This document shows positions 1 to 40,095 of a stretch of 64,000 nucleotides of DNA, piece by piece. Every line of letters begins with the position of its first letter. The stretch's first letter is position 1. The translations under genes were made by a program, and so were the position numbers. The stretch lies in assembly GCF_009914755.1 (NCBI RefSeq), contig NC_060945.1, one strand, 5' to 3'. Below the pieces are notes generated by a model that made no database searches, was not told the DNA's origin, and worked only from the letters and a program-made list of their open reading frames with translations. Source of the DNA: the human T2T-CHM13v2.0 reference genome, Homo sapiens.

Positions 1-234
1 GCCCAAGCTCTGGCATTGGTGACCCCCTTTTCTGGAGGAGAAGGCTTGGTGCGGCCAGGCTGCCCTCCCTCCAGGGCTGTTTCTTCCCTGACTTTTGCTT
101 CCTCTGCTCCTTGGCCTCCATCCTGCAGGAGGCGGGACTCCAGAAGGCCCAGGTGGGTGCAGGCTGAGACTCCACAGTGGCCTTAGGGCCATTGCTGGTC
201 TTGAATATCAACTATGTCCGCGTTCCTTCCATAG

Positions 235-16386
<16,152 letters not shown>

Positions 16387-16775
16387 AGCCAGCCGGTTGC
16401 AGCGTTGGATTGTGCCGGCTAAGACCTGCCAGGGAGATGGGACCCTTGTGCCACCTGGGCCAGCAAAGAGGAGGGGTCCAGAGAACAGCTGAAATACTGT
16501 CACTAGTGGTAGTGACTTGCTTTTCCTGTGCACACATGTAGCCCATCAGGACAGCGAGCCGACGGGTCACGCCAGGGGCCGGCACGCACTGGCACCTGGC
16601 CCCAGGAGCGGGGCCGTGTGAACGGTGATGAATGTTGAAAATGCGTCTCAGAGAGGTATTCACATGAACTTTGTATGAGACTTATTTATATTTTTAACAT
16701 AAAGGTTTGATAAAGAACTTAGGGATTAAAAAAAAGATGGAGTTTTCTAACGTGAGGATGAAGTCTACACTTCAG

Positions 16776-16781
16776 ATTAAA
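16776..16781 (+). terminator. Probable PWP2 polyadenylation signal (ATTAAA variant); a second ATTAAA lies at 16725-16730
   Basis: ATTAAA followed by GT-rich sequence (gggttatgttgt...gtcttgtgg); no AATAAA in the 3' UTR. Confidence 0.6.
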
Positions 16782-18366
16782 AAGGGTTATGTTGTATCCT
16801 GCTGTCTTGTGGGGGCTCAAGACCTGCCTGCCTTACCACCAGGGCCTCCGTCCTGGGGAAGCAGGCTGACAGAGCAGGGTGCTCCTGCTGTCTAGCGGGG
16901 GCTCTGCCCTGTGACCTGTGCATATCCTTGGGGTCAGGGGCACAGAGCCTCTCCCTGACCTCTTGGGGACGCTTTGGAGTCTGGGGCTGGGATTGGCCTG
17001 TCTTGGTGAGCTCACTCAGACCTGCACCAGCTCTGCGTGGGCCACACGGAGGAGGAGACAGCTCCTCCCCTCTGCAGTGCCCTTGGGAATAGTCATCATG
17101 AGAGAGGCTTGGGTCTCCATCATGGTAGGGCATCCTGGTCCCCACAGCTCAGTAACAGCAGCCTCCAGGGTCAGGACCTGAGGCTGACACTGAGGTGGGC
17201 ACTTCACCGACTGCCAGTGCTGTCTGCCAGGCCCAGCCTGTCCCTCGCCAGCGGTGTGGCCCCCAAGACCCTGGGTAGTACCTGGCTCCCTTGCTTATCT
17301 GGGAAGTGGAGCTGATATCTGCCTGCCGGCCTCCCGGGGGTGGCGTGAGGCCAGATGTGCTAGAGAGTGGAGATGAATACGACAGGCAGTGCCTTGTGGC
17401 CCACAGCACTGTACCTGCAGGCCTGCAGACCAGAGGTCTTTGTAGAAGGGAGGAGCTCAGGCCCTGATGACACCAGGTGTTCTGTGGCTGCACAATCTCC
17501 GTGACCCAGACGAGAGAGAATCCTTAGCTATCGCCTACCCAAAGCACAAGTTCCAGTGTTCCCCTCCCTTGCCTCGCCCTTTTCCGTGAAACAATTTCCA
17601 GCGTTCCCCCTCCTCGCCTCACCCTTTTCTGTGTCACATGTGCATGGCGATGGACACCTGAGTAGTCGCCCCTGGGACAACTGGAGCTGCGGCTCTGCAG
17701 TGGGGTCTGGGAGCTCCCGGCCAGGGGCAGCTCCCGCACACTTGGTAGAGACAGGGTCCTGGCCCCCACACCGACTGAGTGAGAGTCTGCATTCGGCATT
17801 TCCTTTCTGAGTGGCGCTTGGTGTTTTTTTGTGCCATCCCACAACCCCATCGCTCCCACCAGCTGATGCTCCCTGGCTGGCCGCTCCCCAGGAGCTGAGA
17901 AGCCTGAAGAGGGCCAGGCACGGAGGAGCAGGAACGAGGACAGTCAAATGTGCCAAGCTTGTCTTTGGTTGTAACTGGTAATGTCCCATGTCTGTTATTC
18001 TAGTTCCCCACTATCTTGCAAGGATTGGCAGTAAAGTCCTAGTGATGGACAACGCGGCAGTGGGGAAAGTGACAGCCGTGGCTAGATCATCAGATGTGTC
18101 TGTAGAATCCGGTGTGTCCCTGTGAACATCCGCCAGCAGTAACCATTCACATTATTTCAAAAACCTGCATTATTAGGTTGAAAATGGGTAAATCGGGGAA
18201 AAAGCCAGCACTTATCCAGCTATTCCTCTGTGAACTAACCCATGCATAACAAACAGATTTTTTTAATGGAAGAATTCCAGCTAGGACCCGAGCAGCTGGG
18301 ATCTTCACACTGACCGTCCATGCTGTGAACGTAAAAAACAAAAACAAAAAAACAAACCCAAACAGT

Positions 18367-18667
<301 letters not shown>

Positions 18668-19312
18668 CCCAAACAGAATCGGCGGCTCACTTGCCCCCAG
18701 ACTAACCCAGATCAAGCCCCTGGGTGGAACTGCAGTTTCCAGGATACAACATCCCGGGGTCAGTAAAACCCGGAGGGGTCGCTCCGTGGGAGCCGGAGCC
18801 GCGAGGAGACAGTCATGGAAGCGGAGGGGTAGTCCTGACCCCGCGTGGGTCCTGACGCCGAGATTAAGACGAGTGGCCATTTAGGAGGATGTGGACCCTG
18901 GACGCTCGTGGTGAGTTAAGGATGAGACGGAGGTAAGGTAAGAAGCGCCGGACTGAGCCGCCCCGAGGCAGCCTTGCTCTGCGGATGGCGGAAAGGGTGC
19001 GCCGCCTGTGGAGGCGTCCGATGGGGGCGGGGCTGGGGACCCCGGGAGTCACCAGCATCCCTCAGCCTCGAGCACGAGCCCTCAGCCACCACCGGAAGGA
19101 AGACAGGGTTCCCGGAACTCTATTCGGAGGCTCTGCGCAGGCGCGGCCCCCGCCCACCGGCGCACTCACTGGATAGGGCTGAGACGGGGGCGGGTCTTGG
19201 CTCCGCCCCGAAGGCTGCGCAGGCGCAGTCCCGACGAGCAACGCGTTTGTAGAGGGGTGGGTGCGCACGCTCTGTCCCTGCGTGACCTTCCGACCCCGCT
19301 GTCCTCACCGCA

Positions 19313-30564
<11,252 letters not shown>

Positions 30565-31304
30565 CGCGCATGGACGGGGCCCAGCTAGGCGCCAGGACTT
30601 GGCCTCACCCTCTGGCTGAGGAGCTGTCGGCTGCTTTCCATCCAGCTGGGAGTCTGGCAGGCCCTTTTTTTTTTTTCTTTGCCGAAACCTGCAGGCGTTC
30701 TCTCTCTAAGGAGGATGTGCTGCAGTGCATGGGGGATGTTTCTTCCTGGGTGTGGCTGGGCTGCTCTCACATACAGAGGCCGAGGGGCCAATTCGTTCTC
30801 TGCCACAGGGACTTGCCTCACTGTGTCCCAAAAACAAATCGCAGCCAGCTTTTCCAGAAATAGAAAATTCTGCCGTCTGAGGTTTTATACTTCAGGTTAG
30901 TTAGTTTTTGGAAGGAAGAACATTTTTAGGTTTGCAAGCCTCCTGATCAGGAAACCAGAAATACCACATTTATGGACCATGAAAGGTTGGTTCTTGACTC
31001 TGAAGGGACTTTTGAGTTAATCAGCGTAAGGGGATTTCTAAAGCAGGCAATCCCTGTAGCCGCAGAGAATAAACGCCTTCCCAAAATGGCAACTTCCCAC
31101 AGCCACATTTCAGACCTGCTGAGACTGCTGAGTGAGGAATGGCAGTGAGGTTTCTTCAATTAGTCTCAGTTCTCTTAATTTTCAGGAAGAAAGGGAAATT
31201 GCAGCTCCTCAGCCCCCAGGATTGACCTCTGGGGAGTGATGGTAGCGTTGGTGCCAGGCCGTGGGTTCAGGTGTGGCAGAAGCTTGCAGATGCGTCCGAA
31301 GGGA

Positions 31305-31310
31305 AATAAA
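31305..31310 (+). terminator. GATD3 polyadenylation signal (distal); a proximal AATAAA lies at 31068-31073
   Basis: AATAAA followed by GT/T-rich downstream element (tttgtgct...tgtgtgtt...gttgtttgg). Confidence 0.8.
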
Positions 31311-32924
31311 GTGTGTTGGCGTTAGACTTTGTGCTGCATTCATCTGTGTGTTCAGGGTTGTTTGGGGAAGAAAACATTTGGGGTGGGAGTCAGGTGTCTG
31401 CACGCTTCACTCAGTGTCACATATCTGTTGCTGTTTGGGTCTGTCTCTGCCTGAGCAGCCAGGGCCAGGCCAGCCTGAGAGGCCCCACGCTGGGTGGGTG
31501 GCAGGAGCTGCCCAGTGTTGGGTGGCGGTGTGGGAAACGCCCACTCTGGCTGCTGGCGTGGCTGTTCCGCGTGGTCTGGTTTGCACCTCCCTGTGTGTCA
31601 GGTGCTGGGCCCGGAATGGGGGTGCAGGCCCTGGTCCCACAAGACTCGAACCCTCAATTGCACTGGTACCCACCACACCCCCTCGGCCCTCCCCACCCAC
31701 TGCATGGAATCAGCGGATTCATTCTACCGCCTTGAGAGGGCGTGGGGGGCCCATGGGTAAGGCAGGAAGGCCCCGGTGCACCCTGCATCGGGTCTCAGCC
31801 TGACACTTCTGGTTCTTCCTCCGTGGGAGCTGGGTTCTCCAGTGGCCTTCCTCCCACTGAGGCCGGGCCTCAGGAAGTCCTCACGGGCGCCCACGCCCGC
31901 TGCAAACGCCCACAGCACTCGCCTTGGGGCCAGGATTACCCTGTCCCCAGCAGCGGAGGAGCCTCCCATGTCCAGGGTAAGGTGGGGCTCCTCCCCTTTC
32001 TCATAGGCTGGTAGGGACACATTTTGCATGGCTGGAGGGGGGGTACCCGTATACCACGCATGTTTATTCACGTGTGTGTGAGTGTATGGAAAAGTGCACA
32101 AGTCACAAGCATTCACTTTGGGGTTTCCACAAAGCAAATACGCAAAACCATCGCTCGGGCCTGGAACGGTGGCACTGTCCCCAGAGCCTCTCAGCCTCCC
32201 GCAGGCACTGGCTGCGTGCTTGTTTGCGCGCTCTCTCTGAGGTGATCCAGTGTGGCGCCCCACACGCAGGTGCTTCTGCTGGGCCAGGCCTGTCCTCACC
32301 TGCATCTGCCCTTAGCCCAGGTGGCCCTGTGGGTCCTCAGTGTCCCCACTTGCAGATGAGGCTTTGCTCCCCCCAGGGCCCTGCAGCTTGTAGGGCTTGG
32401 CTGGGACTCAGCTCCGGGCAGCGCAGCACCAGAACCCCAGCCCTAGAAATAGATCTTGGGACGTTGGGAAGCCCAGAGAGGGGCCGTGACAGAACCGGAG
32501 AGCTCGGTCCTGGGTTCACTGCAGGAGAGTTTGGGCCTGGGTTCACTGGACAGTGACTCCGTGGCTGCTGCGTGCCAGGCACCTTCAGGTACCAAGGGCA
32601 CTGTCACGAGCATGCCCTCGTCCTGGAGTTCAGGTGGGGGCAGCCAGTATGTGGCCCGGTGAGCCATGGAGTCCCCCTGGCAGTGGTGGGGGTGTGGACA
32701 TGCTGGGAAGGAGGATGGCAGTGCCAGGCATGCATAAAGTGATCAAGGAAGGGGACAAGGGGTCCAGTGGGAACAGGAGCTAACCAGGGGTTCAAGGTCA
32801 GGGCGTGGGGAGGGAGGGGCGCTGGTGACATGCATGGTTCCCGGGACCAGCCCGTCCTGCCATCCCAGAGGCCTCTGCATCCCACAGGCTGTGCACCCTG
32901 GAACGTGGTTGTGGCTTTAGGTGC

Positions 32925-32943
32925 TGCCACCAGGGGGCGTGGC
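32925..32943 (+). promoter_or_regulatory. Candidate CTCF site
   Basis: TGCCACCAGGGGGCGTGGC closely matches the core CCACCAGGGGGCGC. Confidence 0.6.
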
Positions 32944-33185
32944 AGAACTGTCTTTGGGGCTGACCACGGGCAGGCGGCCCCTCACCAAGCTGCTTCCTGT
33001 TGGTGCCATCAGAGTCTGGGCTATCCTCTCCTGAAGCCCTCTCTGGTCTCCACATGCCCCACCCCTTTGCCCTGTCCCTCTTATTTCCTTCCAGGGTACC
33101 TCCTCACCTCCTGTCCAGGTCACCAGAGCTTCACCTGTGGACATGCCCCATTCCCTGATAATCCTTTCTTCATTCTCCATTTCTC

Positions 33186-33680
33186 CACCACTCCCAGCTC
33201 CCCCAGCACTCCCAGCTGCTCCACACTCAGTCCCCTGCTCCACACTCAGCCCCCAGCTCCCCCACCATTCCCAGCTGCTCCACACTCAGCCCCCAGCACC
33301 CCCACCACTCCCAGCTGCTCCACACTCAACCCCCAGCTCCCCCACCACTCCCAGCTGCTCCACACTCAACCCCCAGCTCCCCCACCACTCCCAGCTGCTC
33401 CACACTCAACCCCCAGCTCCCCCACCACTCCCAACTCCTCCACACTCAGCCCCCAGCTCCCCCACCACTCCCAGCTCCTCCACAGTCAACCCCCAGCTCC
33501 CCCACCACTCCCAGCTCCTCCACACTCAACCCCCAGCACCCCCACCACTCCCAGCTGCTCCATACTCAACCCCCAGCTCCCCCACCACTCCCAGCTCCTC
33601 CACACTCAACCCCCAGCTCCCCCACCACTCCCAGCTCCTCCACACTCAACCCCCAACCCCCCCACCACTCCCAGCTGCTT
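33186..33680. repeat. 40-bp VNTR, ~12 copies, C-rich on the plus strand
   Basis: Unit cacactcaacccccagctcccccaccactcccagct(g/c)ctc. Confidence 0.95.
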
Positions 33681-34589
33681 CTCCATTCCCACCTGTTCTT
33701 CCTTCCTGGTGTTCTTCTCCCCAGACCTGGTCTGACTGTCCCTCCCAGTCCCTCATTACCTGGGGATGGACGTCTTCCACTCTGACCTCCAGGCTCTCTT
33801 GAAGGCTGCTCCTTCCCTTTCTCCCCCTGAGCTCCTTGCTGTCTCAGACCCCTGCCCAAGGAGGCCTGTAACTCCAGCCCTTCTCTGTGCACTACACTTG
33901 GAGTGGGGCACCGCCCACTCAGCATATCCAGACTGGGCCCCCCACGCGTACTTCTTCCTGTCTCTGTCTTGGGGGCCATCATGTGCCCAGATCCCCATGA
34001 GAAACTGGTCCCAGCCGCCTGTTTCTCCCTGCCCCTCCCTCTGCCGCCAGCTATGGGTTTTGCCTCCAAATATGTCCAAGCCACCCCCTTCCTCTCCTGT
34101 GCCTAGACCGGGTTCATGCCTACTCCCCACATCTGGTCCTGACACCTTCCATCCCTCCCTCCTGGGACGACCAGCCCCCCTCTTTGTATTACTGGCTCCC
34201 CTTGTCTCTCGGCTCTCAGCATCACTCTGCAGAGAGGACTTCCCAGCACGCCCTGGCTGAGGAGGGGTCCCTGGGCCACTCGCTGCACAGATCTCGAGGT
34301 CTGTGAGTACACATGTATCACAGCTTTGTCATCTGTCTCCCCACTGCACTGGGAGTGTCAGGAGAGAGGATGGGGGCCTCATGGGTGCCCTCCACCTTCC
34401 CCGGCCAGGCCCGGGCTCTGAGGTGGTGGGCTCTGGGCATGAGCAGGCCAGTGCGTGCTGCGAGGCCCAAGGCTCACGGACCTGACACGCCCACCTTGGT
34501 GCCCGCCCTCTCCCAGGCCCCTCCCACCTACTGCTGGCCAGCGTCTTCCTCTAGGGCTCCCTCAACATCACCTTTTCTGTTTTGTTTTA

Positions 34590-36288
34590 AATAGACTTTA
34601 TTTTCTAGTGCAGTCTTAGCTTCATGGCAAAATGGAGCAGAAGGTACAGAGAGTCCCACACACTCCCTGCCCCCACGCATGCACGGCCTCCCTCACCATC
34701 ACCCCCGCACACCCCCGCCCGCCAGAGCACACATTTATTAAGGCAGCCAACCCACACGGATGCGCCATCACCCCGAGTCCACGGCATCCGTTAGAGCCCA
34801 CTCTTGGTGTTAGCCATTCCGTAGATTCGGACAAATGTAGGACACGGGTCCGCCATTTACAGAGAATGCAAAATGGTTTCATTGACCTGAAAACCCTTGG
34901 CTCTGCCCGTTCCTCCCCCACCCTCCACCCCCGTAACCACTGATGGTTTTTACTGTCCCCACAGTTTTGCCTTTTCCAGAATGTCATGTGGTTGGACTCA
35001 TGCACTATGTGGCCTTTTCTGATTGACTCCTTTCGCCTGGTAATAGCATTTATATTTCCTCTGTGTGTTTTCATGGCTTGACAGCTCATTTCTTTTTAGT
35101 GCCGAATAATATTCCATTGTTTGGCTCTACCACAGTTTATCCATTTACCCTCTCTCAAGAGCATCTTAGGCTTGTCCCAGTTTGGGGCATTTATGAATAA
35201 AGCTGCTATAAACACCGGTGTGGAGGTTTTGGTGTGGACACACATTTTCACCTCTTTTGGGTAAATCCCAAAGGGGATTTACCAGGGAGTGTGATTGCCG
35301 GATCATATGGTGAGAGTTTTGCAAGAAGCTGCCAAACTGTCTTCCCAAGTGGCTGCACCATTTTGTGTTCCCACCAGCAATGAATGGGCGTTCCTGTGGC
35401 TTCACGTCCTCACCAGCATTTGGTGGTGTTCGTGTTTTGGATTTTGGCCAGCTGATAGGTGTGTAGTGGTATATTGTTTTAATTTGCTATTTCCTACTGA
35501 CATATGATGCTGAGCCCCTTTTCATGGCTTATTTACCATCTGCGTATCTTCTTTGGTGAGGTATCTGCTCAGAATTTTTGCCTATTTTTAAATTGGTTGT
35601 CCCTTTTCTTTTTGTTGAGTTGTAAGAGTTGTTTGTAAATTTTGGCTCGTAATCCTTTCATGGATATCTCATTTCTAGTTATTTTCTCCAGGTTTGGGGC
35701 TTGTTCTTCTTATTCTCTTGACAGTGCCTTCACAGAGCAGTTTTTAATCTTAATGAAATCGAGTTTCTCACTGGTTTCTTCTTGGATAGTGGTCCGCCCC
35801 CGCCTTATTAAAAAAAGAAAGAAAGAAAGAAACAGGGTCTCACTGTGTTGCCCAGGCTGGTCCCAAACTCCTGGGCTCAACTGATCCTCCTGCCTCAACC
35901 TTCCAAAGTGCTGGGATGCCAGGTGGGAGCCACTGGGCTCAGTCTTGTGTTTTTAAAACTCATCACCAAACCCTCGGTCATCTAGATTTTCTCCTGTGTT
36001 ATCTTCTAGGAGTTTGATAGTTTTGCATTTCACATTTAGGTCTGTGATCATTCTGAGTGAATTGCTGTAGGGGTGGAATGTGTGTGTTGGGATTCATTTT
36101 GGGAATGTGAACGCCCCGTTGTTTGGCTCCATTTGGTGGAGGCTGTGCCCCATTGCATTGCTTTTGCCGCTTTGTCACAGACCAGTTGACTCTCCATGCG
36201 GATTTGTTTCTGGGCTCTCTCTCCGCTTTCACTGGTCTGTTTTGCCAACACCCTGTCGTGAGTACTGTAGCTTTATAGTAAGTCCGGA
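34590..36288 (-). mobile_element. Old L1 (L1MC-like), 3' end plus ORF2 remnant, with an Alu monomer at ~35828-35943
   Basis: gcaaaatggagcagaaggtacagagagtccc, atgaataaagctgctataaaca and actgtagctttatagtaagtc. Confidence 0.85.
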
Positions 36289-36289
36289 G

Positions 36290-36923
36290 CCTGCCAAGTC
36301 TTCAGAGTTGTAATCTGCCCCTATCAGATGTCCAAACCATGCCCCCAGGGCCCTGAGATCAGGTCCCCAGGAGGGCCTGGCTGGAGTACCCATAGCCCTG
36401 AGCGCCAGGAGAGCAGGGTCTGCCTGCTGTGGGAGGTCTGTCCTCGCGAGGTCGGACACCCAGCCCTGGTTGTCCTGGTCCACCTGGTATGACCCTGCCC
36501 TGTTCCTGCTTCTTCCAAGCACCCGTGACCCTGGGAAGCCTGTCACAAACACCTCCCTGGACAACCCATGCTACAGAGTGCACCACGCCAATTGCCACCA
36601 CAGCCTCAGGCAGCACTGTCACCCACAGCAGAGGCCGCCCTCACAATCTCACACTTCAGGAGCCCAGGTGGGACGCTAGCCAGGGTCCCTAGAGGTGGCT
36701 TTGCCGGCCCAGGCAGCCCCATCTCTCCGGGACCCCACTGCTCCCTGGGTCCAGCCCAGGCCCTGATTCAGCAGCAGCTCCATAAAGAAGTAAAACGAGA
36801 ATATTCACGGGGCCCACACTTAGTGGACTCCTGTCACATGGTGTCCAGCATGGCTCGTGGGTGAGGACAGCAAAACCACCAAGAAATGACCCGAGAGGCC
36901 AACAGCAGCTCCCTGGGAATGCC
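36290..36923 (+). repeat. Inverted duplication, left arm (pairs with 40096-40742)
   Basis: Reverse-complement match along the full length; 82-bp perfect core 36832-36913 = rc of 40106-40187. Confidence 0.93.
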
Positions 36924-36961
36924 ACACTCTCCAGGAAGACATAGCAACTCTGAAACACACA

Positions 36962-37055
36962 ACTTAGGTAGAAATCTAACAAGATATTTACAAGATCTGT
37001 GAGGAAAATTATAAAACTTTAATAAGTCAAAGAGGTAAAATGGAAAGATATTCCA
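36962..37055 (+). mobile_element. Short L1 ORF2 fragment inverted relative to the flanking L1
   Basis: aaatctaacaagata..acaagatctgtgaggaaaattataaaact...aaatggaaagatattcca is sense L1 ORF2. Confidence 0.7.
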
Positions 37056-37204
37056 CACCCCTTATTATGCATAACTCCTTTTATTCCTGATAAGCTTCTT
37101 TGCTCTGAAGTGTGCTCTGAAATTAATATAGCTATTCCAGCTTTCTTGTGATTAATGTGAGTATGGTATTTCTTCCTCTGTTCATTTACTTTTAATCTAC
37201 ATGT

Positions 37205-37510
37205 GTCTATTTATTTATTTATTTATTTATTTAGAGACAGAGTCTTGCTCTGCCACCCATCTCTACAGTGATGAGATCATGGCTCACTGCAACCTCCGCC
37301 TCCCGGGTTCAAGTGATTCTCCTGCCTCAGCCACCTGAGTAGCTGGTCTACAGGCACAAGCCACCACGCCTGGCTAATTTTTGTATTTTTAGTAGAGATG
37401 GGGTTTTGCCGTGTTGGCCAGGCTGGTCACGAACTCCTGACCTCAAGTGATCCGCCCGCCTCTGCCATCCAAAGTGCTGGGGTTACAGGCGTGAGCCACT
37501 GCGCCCAGCC
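37205..37510 (-). mobile_element. Alu
   Basis: (TTTA)n tail, antisense Alu. Confidence 0.9.
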
Positions 37511-37884
37511 ATTGTTTTTATTTTTAAAGTGGGTTTTGTGTAGATAACATATAGTTAGGTCTTATTTTTTGATCCGTTTTGACAATCTCTGTCTTTTAAT
37601 TGGTGCATTTATACCACTGACATTCAAAGTCACTGTTGATATAGTTGGATTAATATCTACCATGTTTGTTCCTATTTTCTATTTTTTGTTTTTGTTTTTT
37701 ATTTTTTCTGCCTTTTGTGGTTTTAATTGACCATTTTATGATTTTATTTTCTATTCTTTCTTAGACATCAATTATACTTTTTCACATTTTCAGTGGTTAC
37801 CCTAGATTTTGTGATACACATTTCCAACTATTTCAAGCCCACTTTCAAATAACACTGAACTGCTTGCTAATCGGTAGCCCAAGT

Positions 37885-38186
37885 ATTTTTTGTTTTGTTG
37901 TTTTTTGAGACAGGGTCTTGCTCAGTCGCCCAGGCTGGAGTGCAGTGGTGTGATCACGGCTCACTGCATCCTGGAACTCTTGGCTCAGTCGGTCCTCCCA
38001 CCTCAGCCTCCTGAGTTGCTGGGACCACAGGCGCATGCCACAGCACCTAGCTAATTTTTGTATTTTTTATAGAGACGGGGTTTTGCCACGTTGCCCAGGC
38101 TGGCCTCAAACTCCTGGCTCAAGCAATCCACCTGCCTTGGCCTCCCAAAATGCTGGGATTATAGGCGTGAACCTCTGTGCCCCACC
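37885..38186 (-). mobile_element. Alu (J-like)
   Basis: Antisense Alu. Confidence 0.9.
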
Positions 38187-38305
38187 AAAAGTATCTTTTA
38201 ATAACAGTATGTTCCCAATTCTTCACTCCTGTCCCCTGTATCACTGCTATTATTAGTTTCACTTATACATAAGCATATATAATCAAGTACATTGTTATAA
38301 CTTTA

Positions 38306-38622
<317 letters not shown>

Positions 38623-39664
38623 AGTAAGAAAAATAAAAGCTTTTATTACCTTTCTTATTCCTTCTCGATCACTCGTGCCTTTCTTTATGTAAATCCAAGT
38701 TTCTGACTTGTACATTTTTTTTCCTCTCTAAAGAACTTTTAACACCTTTTGCAAAGCAGGTCTACTAGTAACAAATTCTCAATTTTTGTCTAAGTCTATT
38801 TTTCCTTGACTTTTGAAGGATAATTTCGCTGGATACAGAATTCTAGGCTTGTGGATTTTTTCTCAACACTTTAAATATTTCAGTCCACTGTATTTTTACT
38901 TGCACAGTTTCTGTAAAGTCAAAACTAATTCTATAAGAAATGAATGTATTCTTTGTCTGTAGTTTAGGTGTTCCTCCCCACCCGCTGCTGGCTTCTTTCA
39001 AGATTGTTTCTTTAACTTTCTGCAGTTTCAATACCAAATGCCTAGGTGTAGATTGGGCATGATACCGCTTTTAGCCTGCTCTAAAACACAAGCAGGACTT
39101 GGTGCCTGGACAGGCACCCAGCAGGGGAGACAGTTCCAGGACTCACCCCAGCTGCTGCAAGCGTTTCCCTGCAGGAATGGGATGTGGCTGGGGAAGGGGT
39201 GTGGCTGTGGAAGAGGTGTGGCTGCGGAAGCCTTCCAGGCTCCTGCTGGGTCTGGAAGTGCTCCCTACCCCCGTGTCTGTGTTGCTTTCCTGGGGCCTCC
39301 AGCCGTGGTGAGAAAGGCATGGGTGGGGGCCGAGGGAGGGGCTGGCTGGCTTTAGACTGTGCTGCTGCGTAGATGGGTGCCTGGCAGCCTCCCTGGGCAC
39401 AGCCGTGGAAGAGACTGCCATCTCCGTCAGCCTCAGTCACCCCGACCCTGAGGCCCAGCGGCTGTCCTAGAGGGGAGGAACTGGAACCTGGGAAGTCGAC
39501 CAGGTGTGCACCATGGGGTCATTGGCCGGCACTAACCACCAAGTGGCTTCAGGGGTGGGGGCAGCCTGGGTAGACCAGGCCAGGAGACCGGCCCAAACCA
39601 AACGGCTGACTCACGGGATTGTGAGCAAATACAATGATGGTTTCAAGCCACTAACAAAATCTCT

Positions 39665-40090
39665 CAATTTCACTTAGCGTCATGTTCTCGGGGCCCATCT
39701 GTGTTGCAGCGTGTGTCAGAGTTTCCTTCTTATGGCTGAAAAATATTCCATCGTGTGCGTGGGCCACATTTTGTGTGTTCATTCCTCTGGCGATGGACGC
39801 TCGGGCTGCTTCCATGTTTTAGCTGGTATGAATAATGCTGGCGTGAACATGGGCGCCAGGTGTCTCTCTGAGACTCACTTTCGGTTCTGCTGGGCCCACG
39901 CCTGGAAGTGGAATTGCCGCGTCATGTGCTCGTTCTGACTTGAGGAACTAACTGCCTTCCTGCTCTCCCTGCAGCTGCGCCATCTTCCAACCCAGCAGCG
40001 CTACACAAGGCTTCCGGTTTCCCCACATCCTCGCCGACACTTGTCACTGTTTTTGTTGATAATGGATGTGAGGTGGTTGTGGGGATTTCT
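39665..40090 (-). mobile_element. L1MB-like 3' fragment
   Basis: ttatggctgaaaaatattccatcgtgtg and tgaataatgctggcgtgaacat. Confidence 0.75.
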
Positions 40091-40095
40091 TGCCA

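Noticed and set aside
16794-16930. U12-donor-like motifs GTATCCTG (16794) and ATATCCTTG (16922) after PWP2
   Set aside because: I found no matching branch site or acceptor. The spacing is too wide for a tandem U11 enhancer, and such 8-mers are expected by chance in 64 kb.
32767-33802. Pro/His/Ser-rich ORFs (322 and 221 aa)
   Set aside because: They translate a stop-free 40-bp VNTR, and the peptide cycles through all three frames.
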